NCBI GenBank assembly: GCA_046725615.1
Contig: JBKOYY010000004.1
Span: 9,389 to 73,388, forward strand
DNA: 64,000 bases
Reading direction: 5' to 3'
DNA from: Pseudomonadota bacterium
GTDB taxonomy: Bacteria > Pseudomonadota > Alphaproteobacteria > Caulobacterales > Caulobacteraceae
Below, in pieces: positions 12,645 through 22,485 of this stretch. Every line of letters begins with the position of its first letter. Position 1 is the stretch's first letter. The notes under the pieces are model-generated. The model saw nothing but the letters and a program-made list of their open reading frames with translations. It had not been told where the DNA came from and ran no database searches. The translations under genes were made by a program, and so were the position numbers.

Positions 12645-13881
12645 TCTCGGCTACGGCGACATAGGCTGCGACGGGGGACGGTTCATCCGCACCCCCAGCA
12701 TCGACCGTATGGCGGAAGAGGGAGTCCGCTTCACCGACTTCTACGCCTCGGCCAACGTTTGCACGCCCTCGCGTGCCGGCCTGCTGACCGGTCGTTTCGC
12801 GATCCGCTCCGGCTTGGCGCACGAGGTGCTGCAGCCGGCGGACACCAAGGGCCTGCCGCTCTCCGAGTTGACCCTGCCCCAGGTGCTGAAGCCGGACTAC
12901 GCCACCGCCCTGGTCGGGAAGTGGCACCTGGGACATGTCGCGCCGCACTGGCCCCCCACCGCCTACGGCTTCGATGCGTTCTATGGGCTCCCCTACAGCC
13001 ACGACATGCGACCGCTTGCGCTCTACGAGGGGCGCGGAGAGGCGGTGAAGGAGCAGGAGGGGCGGGTGGATTTCGCCCGCCTGACGCAGTCGTTTTTCGA
13101 GCAGACGATCGGTTTCGCCGAGGCCAATCGCGACCGCCCGTTCTTCGTCCTGCTGGCGCTTACCGCGCCGCACATCCCGCTCGTGCCGAATCCGGACGAC
13201 CCAATGGGGTCGCCCGCCGGCCTCTATGGCGAGGTGGTGGAGGAGATCGACCTGAACATCGGTCGGCTGCTGGATCGGCTGAAGGCGCTTGGACTCGATG
13301 ACGATACGCTCGTGATCTTCACCTCGGACAATGGGCCGTGGTTCGAGGGCTCGTCCGGTCCATTCCGCGACCGCAAGGGCGGCTCGGCCTGGGACGGCGG
13401 CTTCCGCGTGCCGTTCGTGGCCCGCTGGCCCGCGGGGATCGAGGCTGGGTCGGTGGCCACCGGCCTCGCCAGCAATCTCGACCTGCTGCCGACCCTGGCG
13501 GCGCTGGCCGGATCGTCGCCCCCGGCGGACGTTGAGTTGGATGGCCGGGACATCTCCGCCATGCTCACGGCGGGAGCGGCATCGCCGCACGACCAGATCC
13601 TGTTGTTCGACAACAACCACGTGGCGGCGGTGCGCACCGCCCGTTGGAAGCTGGTCACGCGGTCGTACTATCGCACCTACGACATCCCGCTCGACCGCCT
13701 TCCGCTCCTGTTCGACATGCAGGCGGATCCTGGCGAGACCTACAGCGTCGCCTCGCTGCATCCCGAGGCGCTGGCCGACCTGCAGGCGAGGTTGGCGCGG
13801 GCGCGCGACAAGTACGAGCCGATGGCCGCGCTCTTCCCGCCGCACGTGGCGCCGCCGAGCGCCCGGGACCATCCGGACTAG
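12601..13881 (+). CDS. Cys-type (formylglycine-dependent) sulfatase, arylsulfatase-like
   Basis: [27 protein letters not shown] (CxPxR), GKWHLG, FTSDNG, KGGSAWDGGFRVP. Confidence 0.92.
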   Translation: MARRQPNVILILADDLGYGDIGCDGGRFIRTPSIDRMAEEGVRFTDFYASANVCTPSRAGLLTGRFAIRSGLAHEVLQPADTKGLPLSELTLPQVLKPDYATALVGKWHLGHVAPHWPPTAYGFDAFYGLPYSHDMRPLALYEGRGEAVKEQEGRVDFARLTQSFFEQTIGFAEANRDRPFFVLLALTAPHIPLVPNPDDPMGSPAGLYGEVVEEIDLNIGRLLDRLKALGLDDDTLVIFTSDNGPWFEGSSGPFRDRKGGSAWDGGFRVPFVARWPAGIEAGSVATGLASNLDLLPTLAALAGSSPPADVELDGRDISAMLTAGAASPHDQILLFDNNHVAAVRTARWKLVTRSYYRTYDIPLDRLPLLFDMQADPGETYSVASLHPEALADLQARLARARDKYEPMAALFPPHVAPPSARDHPD

Positions 13882-14819
13882 ACGAAGTCGAACCGCACCT
13901 GCGAGCGGCCGAAGTCCACGGCGACGCGCTCGAACTGGGTCAGGAGGTCCATGCCGATCACCAGGGCCGGGGCGTCCTCCAGATTCCAAATGCGGAAGAC
14001 GTGCGTATCCGCGCAGGTGACGGGCACGTTGCCGAGATGGAGGCCGCCGAGCCGCAGGAAGGGCAAGAACACCGACTCGCCGGTGAAGGGCTCGCCGGCC
14101 AGGGTCTCCATTCTCACCATCACCGGCGGCTCGCGGCGACCCTCCCGGGCCTCCTGAGCGCGGACGAGGTCGCGCAGCCTGCCGTTGCAGAGCGTGCCTT
14201 GGGCGCCTGAATCGATGATGGCGCTGATCCGGCGGCCACTGAGGTCGGCGTCGACGATGGTGAGCTGGCCGTGGCGCCGGCGCGCCGGGACCACCACGAC
14301 TCGGCCCGCCTCGGCCACGTCGGCCTGCGAGCGGGTAATCTCCAGCTTGCGGGCCTTGAAATCCAGGACCAGGCGCTGGCCCTTGAGCCAGTCGACACCC
14401 AGGATGCCGTCGACGTCCGCGCCCTTGATCGGCAGGGCGGCGGCGCGGACCTTACGGCGATTGCGCGGGCCCACCCTCAGCTCGTCGAGCAGCACCATCG
14501 GTCTCTCGCGGACGCCGACGACGGTGTGAACCGGCGCGCTGCCGCCGGGCTCCAGCGACAGCCTTTCCATCAGCCGATGCGAGATGCAGCTCGCGTTGGC
14601 GCCAGTGTCGAGCAGGAATTGGAATGGCCCCTGGCCGTTGATCTGGACGGGCGCGAGCATGTGCTCATTGCGGCTCTCGCGGGTGGCAAGCTCGGTCGGC
14701 GTGTCGTCCTGATCCGGGGTCTCGATGACAGGCGCACTGGCCTGCAGCTGGGCGAAGGCGCGGGTCGCGGGGAGGGCTGCGATCAGGCCCAGCGCGGCGT
14801 GACGACGGGTCGGAGACAT
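13878..14819 (-). CDS. Secreted two-domain retropepsin-like (clan AA) aspartic protease
   Basis: TRR-hydrophobic-AFA signal; FLLDTGA...GILG and AIIDSGA...LVIG domains; start re-picked at ATG 14819. Confidence 0.85.
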   Translation of the reverse strand: MSPTRRHAALGLIAALPATRAFAQLQASAPVIETPDQDDTPTELATRESRNEHMLAPVQINGQGPFQFLLDTGANASCISHRLMERLSLEPGGSAPVHTVVGVRERPMVLLDELRVGPRNRRKVRAAALPIKGADVDGILGVDWLKGQRLVLDFKARKLEITRSQADVAEAGRVVVVPARRRHGQLTIVDADLSGRRISAIIDSGAQGTLCNGRLRDLVRAQEAREGRREPPVMVRMETLAGEPFTGESVFLPFLRLGGLHLGNVPVTCADTHVFRIWNLEDAPALVIGMDLLTQFERVAVDFGRSQVRFDFV

Positions 14820-14927
14820 GCTCCGGTTTCCTCTCATTCCTTGGCCCTGACGATACCACTGTTCCACCAGCGCCGCCATTTGCTCGCGGGCTACGATTCC
14901 GAAAGGGATGCACGGCAAGGTGTGACG

Positions 14928-15353
14928 ATGTTTCGCCGTGTCCTGGTTCCCTTCGCTGTCGTGCTGCTGGCCGCGGGCCCCGGCGCGGCTGCCGACAAGA
15001 AGGAAGAAAAGGGCGACGTCGGCCAGTACGTGGACCTGCAGCCGGTCGGCCTGCCGATCGTGCACGAGCGGCGGCTGGTGAATTACGTGTTCGTCTACGT
15101 CCGGATCAACCTCACAAGCGGCGCCAACGTCTCGAAGCTGAGGGAGAAGGAGCCCTTCTTCCGCGACGCCCTGGTGCGGGCCGGCCATCGCACGCCTTTC
15201 ACCAATCCCAATGATCTGTCGCAACTCGATGTCCCGCGGCTCAAGGCCGCCATGGCCCGCGACGCGGCGGCCATCGCCGGGCCAGGTCAGATCCGGTCGG
15301 TCGAGGTGACGTCCCAGGCGCCGCGCCGCCGCATCGCCACACCCCGCGCCTGA
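14928..15353 (+). CDS. Exported hypothetical protein, FliL-like
   Basis: Signal peptide (AAA), then YVDLQPVGLPI...YVFVYVRINL...EPFFRDALV resembling the FliL periplasmic domain. Confidence 0.6.
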   Translation: MFRRVLVPFAVVLLAAGPGAAADKKEEKGDVGQYVDLQPVGLPIVHERRLVNYVFVYVRINLTSGANVSKLREKEPFFRDALVRAGHRTPFTNPNDLSQLDVPRLKAAMARDAAAIAGPGQIRSVEVTSQAPRRRIATPRA

Positions 15354-15543
15354 TTTCCCCTGCGGCCGGTTGCGCCGTCTGAATAAACCCTATTAGCTTC
15401 GCCTCCTTCCGGCGCGCGCCCTGCGCGCCGGAAAGAACTGTTGGGGAAACGCGTAGGGGTTAGGGAGAGCCGACCGACGCACGCCCGACGTGCCGGCGAG
15501 CGATCATCCCCGCGAATAACGTCGCAAAGGGGCGAAACGCACT

Positions 15544-17670
15544 ATGAGTTCGGTCTTACCACTGGTGATCGGCGCAGGCGCGCTGGCGGTGCTGTACGGC
15601 ATCGTCCAGACGATGTCGCTGATGCGGGCGTCGCCCGGAAATGCCCGCATGCAGGAGATCGCCGCCGCGATCCAGGAAGGGGCGCAGGCGTATCTGAACA
15701 AGCAATATACGGCCATCGCCATCGTCGGCGTGGTCATCCTCATCGCCCTGGCCGTGCTCCTGGGCGCGCTTCCGGCGGTCGGGTTTCTGATCGGCGCCGT
15801 GTTGTCGGGCCTCGCGGGCTTCGCTGGCATGCTGATCTCGGTCCGGGCCAACGTCCGCACCGCGCAGGCAGCCTCCGAAAGCCTCGCCAAGGGCCTGTCG
15901 CTGGCGTTCCGCTCGGGCGCCATCACCGGCATGCTGGTCGCGGGCTTCGCGTTGATCGGCGTCGCCGGCTACTTCTATGTCCTGACCGAGGTCATGGGCC
16001 TGGAGAAGACCGGCCGGGAGGTGGTCGACAGCCTGGTCGCCCTGGGCTTCGGCGCGTCGCTGATTTCCATCTTCGCCCGCCTGGGCGGGGGCATCTTCAC
16101 CAAGGGCGCCGACGTGGGCGGCGACATGGTGGGCAAGGTCGAGGCCGGCATTCCTGAGGATGACCCGCGCAACGCCGCCACCATCGCCGACAACGTGGGC
16201 GACAACGTCGGCGACTGCGCCGGCATGGCCGCCGACCTGTTCGAGACCTACGCGGTGACCACGGTCGCGACGATGGTGCTCGCGGCGATCTTCTTCCGCG
16301 CCATCCCGGACGTGGTGGGCAGCATGATGCTCCTGCCGCTCGCCATCTGCGGCGTGTGCATCGTCACCTCGATCCTGGGCACCTTCGCGGTGCGCCTTGG
16401 CAAGTCGAACAACATCATGGGCGCGCTCTACCAGGGCCTGATCGTCACCGGCGTCCTGTCGGTCGGCGCGCTCTACTGGGTGATCAACAGCCTGGTCACC
16501 GGGCCCGTGACCGTCGGCGACAAGACCTTCGGCGCCCCCGAGCTGTTCTACTGCGGCCTCGCGGGCCTCGTGGTCACGGCGCTGATCGTGGTGATCACCG
16601 AGTACTACACGGGCACGGGATTCCGGCCGGTGAAGTCGGTGGCCAAGGCCTCCGTCTCCGGCCACGGCACCAACGTGATCCAGGGCCTCGCCATGAGCCT
16701 CGAATCCACGGCGGCGCCGGCGCTGGTGATCATCGCCGGCATCATCGTCACCTACGGCCTGGCGGGTCTCTTCGGCATCGCCATCGCCACGACCTCGATG
16801 CTCTCGCTCGCGGGCTTCATCGTGGCGCTCGACGCCTTCGGCCCGGTCACGGACAACGCCGGCGGCATCGCCGAGATGGCGGGTCTGCCTCCGGAAGTCC
16901 GGGTCACGACCGACGCGCTCGACGCGGTGGGCAACACGACCAAGGCCGTGACCAAGGGCTACGCCATCGGTTCGGCCGGCCTGGGCGCCCTCGTGCTATT
17001 CGCCGCCTACACCGAGGACCTGAAGTTCTTCGCGACCAACGCCGCGTCGGGCTCGTTCTTCGAGGGCCTCGGCGCGGTCGCCTTCGACCTCTCCAACCCC
17101 TACGTAGTGGTGGGCCTGCTGTTTGGGGGGCTGCTGCCCTTCCTGTTCGGCGGGATGTCCATGACCGCCGTGGGCCGGGCCGCGGAATCGGTCGTCGCCG
17201 AGGTGCGTCGCCAGTTCAGGGAGAACCCCGGCATCATGACGGGCGAGGTGAAGCCCGAATACGGCAAGGCGGTCGGCATCCTGACCAGCGCGGCCATCCG
17301 CGAGATGATCGTGCCGTCGCTTCTGCCGGTGGCCTCGCCGATCGTCCTGTTCTTCGTGATCAACGCCATCGCCGGCAAGGTGAACGGCTTTGCCGCGCTG
17401 GGCGCCATGCTGATGGGCGTGATCGTCACGGGCCTGTTCGTCGCGATCTCGATGACCAGCGGCGGCGGCGCCTGGGACAACGCCAAGAAGCTGATCGAGG
17501 AAGGTCACCACGGCGGCAAAGGCTCCGAGGCCCACAAGGCTGCGGTGACTGGCGACACGGTCGGCGACCCCTACAAGGACACGGCGGGTCCCGCCGTGAA
17601 CCCGATGATCAAGATCACCAACATCGTGGCCCTGCTGCTACTGGCGATCCTGGCCCACAGCGCGGCGTAA
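15544..17670 (+). CDS. hppA: Membrane-integral ion-translocating pyrophosphatase, K+-independent type
   Basis: [64 protein letters not shown]; many transmembrane helices. Confidence 0.96.
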   Translation: MSSVLPLVIGAGALAVLYGIVQTMSLMRASPGNARMQEIAAAIQEGAQAYLNKQYTAIAIVGVVILIALAVLLGALPAVGFLIGAVLSGLAGFAGMLISVRANVRTAQAASESLAKGLSLAFRSGAITGMLVAGFALIGVAGYFYVLTEVMGLEKTGREVVDSLVALGFGASLISIFARLGGGIFTKGADVGGDMVGKVEAGIPEDDPRNAATIADNVGDNVGDCAGMAADLFETYAVTTVATMVLAAIFFRAIPDVVGSMMLLPLAICGVCIVTSILGTFAVRLGKSNNIMGALYQGLIVTGVLSVGALYWVINSLVTGPVTVGDKTFGAPELFYCGLAGLVVTALIVVITEYYTGTGFRPVKSVAKASVSGHGTNVIQGLAMSLESTAAPALVIIAGIIVTYGLAGLFGIAIATTSMLSLAGFIVALDAFGPVTDNAGGIAEMAGLPPEVRVTTDALDAVGNTTKAVTKGYAIGSAGLGALVLFAAYTEDLKFFATNAASGSFFEGLGAVAFDLSNPYVVVGLLFGGLLPFLFGGMSMTAVGRAAESVVAEVRRQFRENPGIMTGEVKPEYGKAVGILTSAAIREMIVPSLLPVASPIVLFFVINAIAGKVNGFAALGAMLMGVIVTGLFVAISMTSGGGAWDNAKKLIEEGHHGGKGSEAHKAAVTGDTVGDPYKDTAGPAVNPMIKITNIVALLLLAILAHSAA

Positions 17671-17694
17671 GCCGTAGCCCAAGCCCAACGAAAG

Positions 17695-17730
17695 AGGCCC
17701 CGGAGAGCGATCTCCGGGGCCTTGTTGCTT
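17695..17730. terminator. Bidirectional intrinsic terminator between hppA and bamE
   Basis: AGGCCCCGGAGA-GCGA-TCTCCGGGGCCT perfect 12-bp stem with T-rich flanks on both strands. Confidence 0.85.
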
Positions 17731-17755
17731 TCTGTCTTAGAAGACGGGGGCCGGC

Positions 17756-18247
17756 CTAGCGCCGGTCGCCCGGGCGGGTGCCGGGTACGCCCTCGTCGTC
17801 CTGCGGCAGCATCGTGCCGCGGCCCACGCTGCCCAGCAGCTGTTCCAACACGGTGATCTCGCGCCCGCGGGTCGGCGTCTCGCGGGTGTTGTAGGCGATC
17901 ACCTTGCCGTCCTTGAGCGTGTAGAGGTTCACGCTCTCCACCATCTCGGTGTCCTTGTTGAAAGCGATCGCGGTGACGTTGCGGGCAGTGACGCGCGGGC
18001 GGCGGAACGCGACACGCTCCTTCACCTGGTTCACGTAGAACCAGACGTTCGGATCGAAGGTGGACTGCACCGACGGAGAGCCCAGCTTGGCGCGGACGGT
18101 CGACTTGGTGTCGGTTCCGATCTTCACGTCCTTGGGGTCGTTGTCGATCGCCTGGAAGCCGGAATAGCTGGTGATCGGCGAGCAGGCCGAAAGACCGCCC
18201 GCGGCCAGGGCGGCGGCAAGGGCGACGGTGGCGAGGCTGCGGGACAT
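17756..18247 (-). CDS. bamE: Outer membrane protein assembly lipoprotein BamE
   Basis: Lipobox LSAC; V..KLGSPS..STFD.NVWFYV SmpA/OmlA pattern; conserved position upstream of the Cbp3-DUF177-plsX block. Confidence 0.88.
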   Translation of the reverse strand: MSRSLATVALAAALAAGGLSACSPITSYSGFQAIDNDPKDVKIGTDTKSTVRAKLGSPSVQSTFDPNVWFYVNQVKERVAFRRPRVTARNVTAIAFNKDTEMVESVNLYTLKDGKVIAYNTRETPTRGREITVLEQLLGSVGRGTMLPQDDEGVPGTRPGDRR

Positions 18248-18359
18248 TCGGACTCGTTTCTCGGTGCCAGGACGGCAAGAGGCTTTGACCTATCGCCGGC
18301 CGCCCCTTAGTTCAATGCCGCCTTTACGCACGCTCTTCGGGCGAAATCGAGGCCGATCC

Positions 18360-18887
18360 ATGCTGAAGCGCCTGTTCAAGCCGAAACCCGCGCTGTCCGC
18401 GGGCCGCGCGCTGTATGCTTCGGCGGTCGCCCAGGCCCGGACGCCGGCGCTGTATACGGAGCTTGGGGTTCCCGACACGCCCGAGGGGCGCTTCGAACTC
18501 TACAGCCTCCACGTCTACCTGATCCTGGAGCGGATCAAGGACCAGGGTCCTCGCGCGGCGGAGGTGGGGCAGGCGCTGTTCGACACCTATGTGAGCGCCC
18601 TGGACCACGCCCTGCGGGAAATGGGCGTCGGCGACACCTCGGTAGGCAAGCGGATGCGCAAGCTGGGCGAGGCATTCTACGGCCGGGTGAATTCGTTCGA
18701 ACAGGCGCTGGCGGCGCTCCCCGACATCGAGCCGCTTGAGGCGCTCGTCGCGCGCACCGCCTATGCCGGCGCGGATGACGTGAAGGCGCCCGCCCTGGCG
18801 GCCTACGTGCTGGGCCAGCGGGCAGCGCTCGCGGCGCTGCCGCTCGAGCGCTTCGAAGCCGGCCAGATCGCCTGGAGCCCCGCATGA
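18360..18887 (+). CDS. Ubiquinol-cytochrome c chaperone (Cbp3/UQCC1 family)
   Basis: VPDTPEGRFELYSLH, DHALREMGVGDTSVGKRMRKLGEAFYGR. Confidence 0.9.
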   Translation: MLKRLFKPKPALSAGRALYASAVAQARTPALYTELGVPDTPEGRFELYSLHVYLILERIKDQGPRAAEVGQALFDTYVSALDHALREMGVGDTSVGKRMRKLGEAFYGRVNSFEQALAALPDIEPLEALVARTAYAGADDVKAPALAAYVLGQRAALAALPLERFEAGQIAWSPA

Positions 18888-19399
18888 GTTGGGATAAGCC
18901 CGTCAAGCTACACGAGCTGGCCCGCGGGCCGGTCCGACTGAACCTTGAGCCCGACGCCGACCAACGTGCGGCGATCGCCCGGCGGCTGGGCCTGAAGGGC
19001 CTGCCCCGGCTGACCGCCGACGTGACGGTGAAGCCGTGGCTGGACGGTGTCGAAGTCACCGGGCGATTCAAGGGCGTGGTCGAGCAGGTGTGCGGCCTCA
19101 CGCTCGAGCCGTTCGAGCAGCCCGTGGAGGGCGAGATCGACGTGCGGGCAGTGCCCGCGACCAGCCCCAACGCAGGAACCGCTGAGGGTGACGAGTTGGA
19201 GCTGGACCCCGACGCGGCGGACGCGCCGGATGTCCTGGAGACCGACGCGGTCGACGTGGCCGGATATGTGGTGGAGCACCTGGCGCTGGAGATCGATCCT
19301 TTCCCGCGTAAGCCCGGCGCCACGTTCGACTACAGCCCGCCGGAAGCCGAGACCTCGCCGTTCGCCGCCCTCGCGAAGCTGAAGGATCCAAAGCCCTGA
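18884..19399 (+). CDS. DUF177/YceD family protein
   Basis: VEQVCGLTLEPF, EHLALEIDPFPRKPGA, SPFAALAKLK; directly upstream of plsX. Confidence 0.88.
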   Translation: MSWDKPVKLHELARGPVRLNLEPDADQRAAIARRLGLKGLPRLTADVTVKPWLDGVEVTGRFKGVVEQVCGLTLEPFEQPVEGEIDVRAVPATSPNAGTAEGDELELDPDAADAPDVLETDAVDVAGYVVEHLALEIDPFPRKPGATFDYSPPEAETSPFAALAKLKDPKP

Positions 19400-19472
19400 T
19401 TTCCTGTCCGCAATCCCGCGGGCTATGGTGCAGGCGAATCCGGCAGGGGCTGCCGAGGGACGAAGCGCAGAC

Positions 19473-20528
19473 TTGACCCAGCCATTGGTGATTTCCATCG
19501 ACGCCATGGGCGGCGACCACGGCCCGTCCGTGGTCGTTCCGGCCTGTGCGCAAGCGCTGTCCACGCTACCGCCCACGGCGCGTCTTCTCCTTCACGGCGA
19601 CGAGGTGGCGGTGCGCGCCGAGATGGCGCGCCACCCCGCGCTGACTGGCCGCGCCGAGGTGCGCCACGCCGAACGCGTAATCGCCATGGACGAGAAGCCG
19701 GCCCAGGCCCTGCGCCGCGGCAAGGGCACCTCCATGTGGGCCGCGGTGGAGTCGATCCGGGAAGGGCAGGCGAACGTCGCCATTTCGGCCGGTAACACCG
19801 GCGCGCTGATGGCCATCTCGAAACTGATCCTGCGGATGAGCGCCGATCTGGACCGGCCTGCGCTGGTGGCGAGCATCCCGCACGCGCGCGGTCTGACGAC
19901 GTTCCTGGACGTGGGCGCCAACGTAGATTGCGACGCCGCGCGGCTGGTCGAGTTCGCCGTGATGGGCGAGGCCTATCACCGCGCCGCGCAGGGCGTCGCG
20001 CGCCCTACCGTGGGGTTGCTCAACGTCGGCTCCGAGGAAATGAAGGGTCACGAAGAGGTGCGCGAGGCCAACCGTATCCTGCGCGAGGGCGGGATCGACC
20101 TGGACTACCGCGGCTTCGTCGAGGGCGATGACATCACCAAGGGCACGGTGGACGTCATCGTGACCGACGGCTTCACTGGCAACGTGGCCCTCAAGGCCAT
20201 GGAGGGTGCGGCGCGCTTCATGTACAGCGAGCTTCGCGAAGCGTTGACCTCAGGCCCGGTGGCGACTCTCGGGGCCCTTATGGCGCGTAACTCATTGCGC
20301 AGATTCCGTGACAAGATGAGTCCGCCGCCGGCGGCCCCGCTTCTGGGGTTGAACGGCCTCGTGCTGAAATGCCACGGCGGCGCCGACGCCCGGGACTTCG
20401 CCAAGGCCGTCCAGGCGGCGGGCGACATCGCGCAAAGCGGGTTTGCCTCGGAGATCGAACGGAATATGAGGCGACTGCCCGCCGCGCTCGCCGATGCGGG
20501 CCCCGCGTCCGCGGATGGAGCCGCCTGA
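19473..20528 (+). CDS. plsX: Phosphate acyltransferase PlsX
   Basis: ISIDAMGGDHGP, SAGNTGALMA, DRPAL, DVGAN, LLNVGSEEMKG, DGFTGNVALK; TTG start with upstream GAGGGA. Confidence 0.96.
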   Translation: MTQPLVISIDAMGGDHGPSVVVPACAQALSTLPPTARLLLHGDEVAVRAEMARHPALTGRAEVRHAERVIAMDEKPAQALRRGKGTSMWAAVESIREGQANVAISAGNTGALMAISKLILRMSADLDRPALVASIPHARGLTTFLDVGANVDCDAARLVEFAVMGEAYHRAAQGVARPTVGLLNVGSEEMKGHEEVREANRILREGGIDLDYRGFVEGDDITKGTVDVIVTDGFTGNVALKAMEGAARFMYSELREALTSGPVATLGALMARNSLRRFRDKMSPPPAAPLLGLNGLVLKCHGGADARDFAKAVQAAGDIAQSGFASEIERNMRRLPAALADAGPASADGAA

Positions 20529-20529
20529 A

Positions 20530-21510
20530 TTGCCCAAAGTCCTGCGTAGCGTCGTCACCGGGGTCGGTGGATTCCTGCCCGATCGCATCGTCACCAACGA
20601 CGACCTGGCCAAGTTCGTCGACACCTCGGACGAGTGGATCCGCGAGCGGACCGGCATCCGTCAGCGGCGCCAGGCCGACGATGGCACGCCGGTTTCCGAT
20701 CTGGCCGTCGAGGCCGCGCGCCGGGCGCTGGCGGCCGCCGGCCGCACGGCGGAGGACGTGGACCTCATCATCGTGGGGACGACCACGCCCGACCTGACCT
20801 TCCCGGCCGTGGCCACGATCGTCCAGCGCAAGCTGGGCTGTCCGATCGGCGTGGCTTTCGACGTCCAGGCGGTCTGCTCAGGCTTCGTCTACGCCTTGTC
20901 GGTCGCGGACGGGTTTGTGGCGCGCGGCCGCAGCAAGTGCGCTCTGGTGATCGGGGCGGAGACGATGACCCGTCTCATGGACTGGACCGACCGCGGCACC
21001 TGCGTGCTGTTCGGCGACGGCGCAGGGGCGTTCGTGGTGGAACCACAGGAAGGCGAAGGGACCACGGCCGACCGTGGCCTGCTGGGCTTCGCCCTGCGCG
21101 CCGACGGGACCAAGCAGGACCTGCTCTACGTCGACGGGGGCGTCTCGACCAATCGCCAGACCGGCTACCTTCGGATGCAGGGCAACCAGGTGTTCCGGCA
21201 TGCGGTCGTGAACATCTCCGAGGCGGTCATCGCCGCCGCCGCCGATGCGGGGATCGAGGTGCCCAGCGTGGACTGGTTCATCCCGCACCAGGCCAACCAG
21301 CGGATCCTCGAGGGGGTCGCAAAGCGCCTCGGCATCGACGAGTCCAAGGTGATCTCGACTGTGGCCGAACATGCCAACACCTCGGCCGCCTCGATTCCGC
21401 TTGCGCTCGACCAGGGGCTGAAGGACGGTCGCATCAAGCCGGGCCAGCTGCTTCTCCTGGAGGCGATGGGCGGTGGCTTGACCTGGGGGGCCTGCGTCGT
21501 CCGGCTTTGA
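20530..21510 (+). CDS. fabH: Beta-ketoacyl-ACP synthase III
   Basis: DTSDEWIRERTGI, AVCSGF, LFGDGAGA, PHQAN, ANTSAASIP, MGGGLTWG; TTG start 9 nt after GGAG. Confidence 0.96.
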   Translation: MPKVLRSVVTGVGGFLPDRIVTNDDLAKFVDTSDEWIRERTGIRQRRQADDGTPVSDLAVEAARRALAAAGRTAEDVDLIIVGTTTPDLTFPAVATIVQRKLGCPIGVAFDVQAVCSGFVYALSVADGFVARGRSKCALVIGAETMTRLMDWTDRGTCVLFGDGAGAFVVEPQEGEGTTADRGLLGFALRADGTKQDLLYVDGGVSTNRQTGYLRMQGNQVFRHAVVNISEAVIAAAADAGIEVPSVDWFIPHQANQRILEGVAKRLGIDESKVISTVAEHANTSAASIPLALDQGLKDGRIKPGQLLLLEAMGGGLTWGACVVRL

Positions 21511-21535
21511 CGTTCTCTTAGGTTTAAGCTGTAAA
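21507..21535 (+). promoter_or_regulatory. Candidate sigma70 promoter for ihfA
   Basis: TTGACG-N17-TGTAAA in an AT-rich stretch; the -10 match is weak. Confidence 0.4.
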
Positions 21536-21610
21536 GCGTCACTTGAAGTCTCTGTGGCAATAGGACAATCAGGGCGCATGAACGACGTGTCGGCGGGGGC
21601 CAGGGCGATC

Positions 21611-21913
21611 ATGAAGGGCGCGACAGTCACGCGTGCGGATCTCTGCGAGGCCGTCCACGAGCAGGTGGGCCTTACGCGTCAGGATTGTTCCGAGCTTGTC
21701 GAGCGGGTGCTCGAACTGATGTGCCAGGCGCTTGAGCGTGGTGAGCAGGTGAAGCTGTCCGGCTTCGGCGTCTTCCAGGTTCGCGCCAAGCGCGCCCGCA
21801 TGGGCCGCAACCCCAAGACCGGCGAGCCGGCCGCCATCGATCCGCGTCGCGTCATCGGCTTCCGCGCGTCTCAGGTGATGAAGGCCCGGGTCGACCGCGC
21901 CTTGTCGCGGTGA
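21611..21913 (+). CDS. ihfA: Integration host factor alpha subunit
   Basis: [33 protein letters not shown]; alternative ATG at 21578. Confidence 0.95.
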   Translation: MKGATVTRADLCEAVHEQVGLTRQDCSELVERVLELMCQALERGEQVKLSGFGVFQVRAKRARMGRNPKTGEPAAIDPRRVIGFRASQVMKARVDRALSR

Positions 21914-21929
21914 GGACCGCGTAGGCGCC

Positions 21930-22346
21930 GTGGCCAAGGGCCCCGAAGCCTTCCGAACGATCTCCGAAGCGGCGGACGAGCTTCACGTGCCGCAGCACGT
22001 GCTGCGGTTCTGGGAAACCAAGTTCACCTTCATCAAGCCGATGAAGCGCGCTGGCGGTCGGCGGTTCTACCGCCCATCCGACATCGCCGTACTCCGCGGC
22101 GTGCGCCGTCTCCTCCACGAGGAGGGCTACACCATCAAGGGGGTGCAGAAGCTGCACCGCGAGCATGGGGTGAAGCACCTGGTGGCGGCCGGGGAGGGCG
22201 CGGTCGTCCCCGCCCCGCTGGTGGACCCCAAGGGGTCGTCTCCTGCTCCGGCGCACAAGCCGTCGGGTGACACCAAAGCGCTGCTGGACGCATTGCGCGA
22301 TCTGGAGATCGCCAAGAGCCGTCTGGACGGCCTGCTCAAGAAGTAG
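21930..22346 (+). CDS. MerR family transcriptional regulator
   Basis: [24 protein letters not shown]...RRFYRP...GYTIKGVQ; conserved downstream of ihfA. Confidence 0.9.
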   Translation: MAKGPEAFRTISEAADELHVPQHVLRFWETKFTFIKPMKRAGGRRFYRPSDIAVLRGVRRLLHEEGYTIKGVQKLHREHGVKHLVAAGEGAVVPAPLVDPKGSSPAPAHKPSGDTKALLDALRDLEIAKSRLDGLLKK

Positions 22347-22368
22347 GGGAAATCTCGCCGCCGGCCGC

Positions 22369-22445
<77 letters not shown>

Positions 22446-22485
22446 CGTGCCAGACGGCGAGGGCGGTCTTCTAGCGGAAGCGTCG

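Noticed and set aside
15435-15449. GAAC-N7-GAAA resembling an alphaproteobacterial LexA box
   Set aside because: One mismatch in a short motif, upstream of a gene with no SOS link; likely chance
18884-19473. No rpmF between DUF177 and plsX
   Set aside because: This arrangement is common in alphaproteobacteria and is not a lesion
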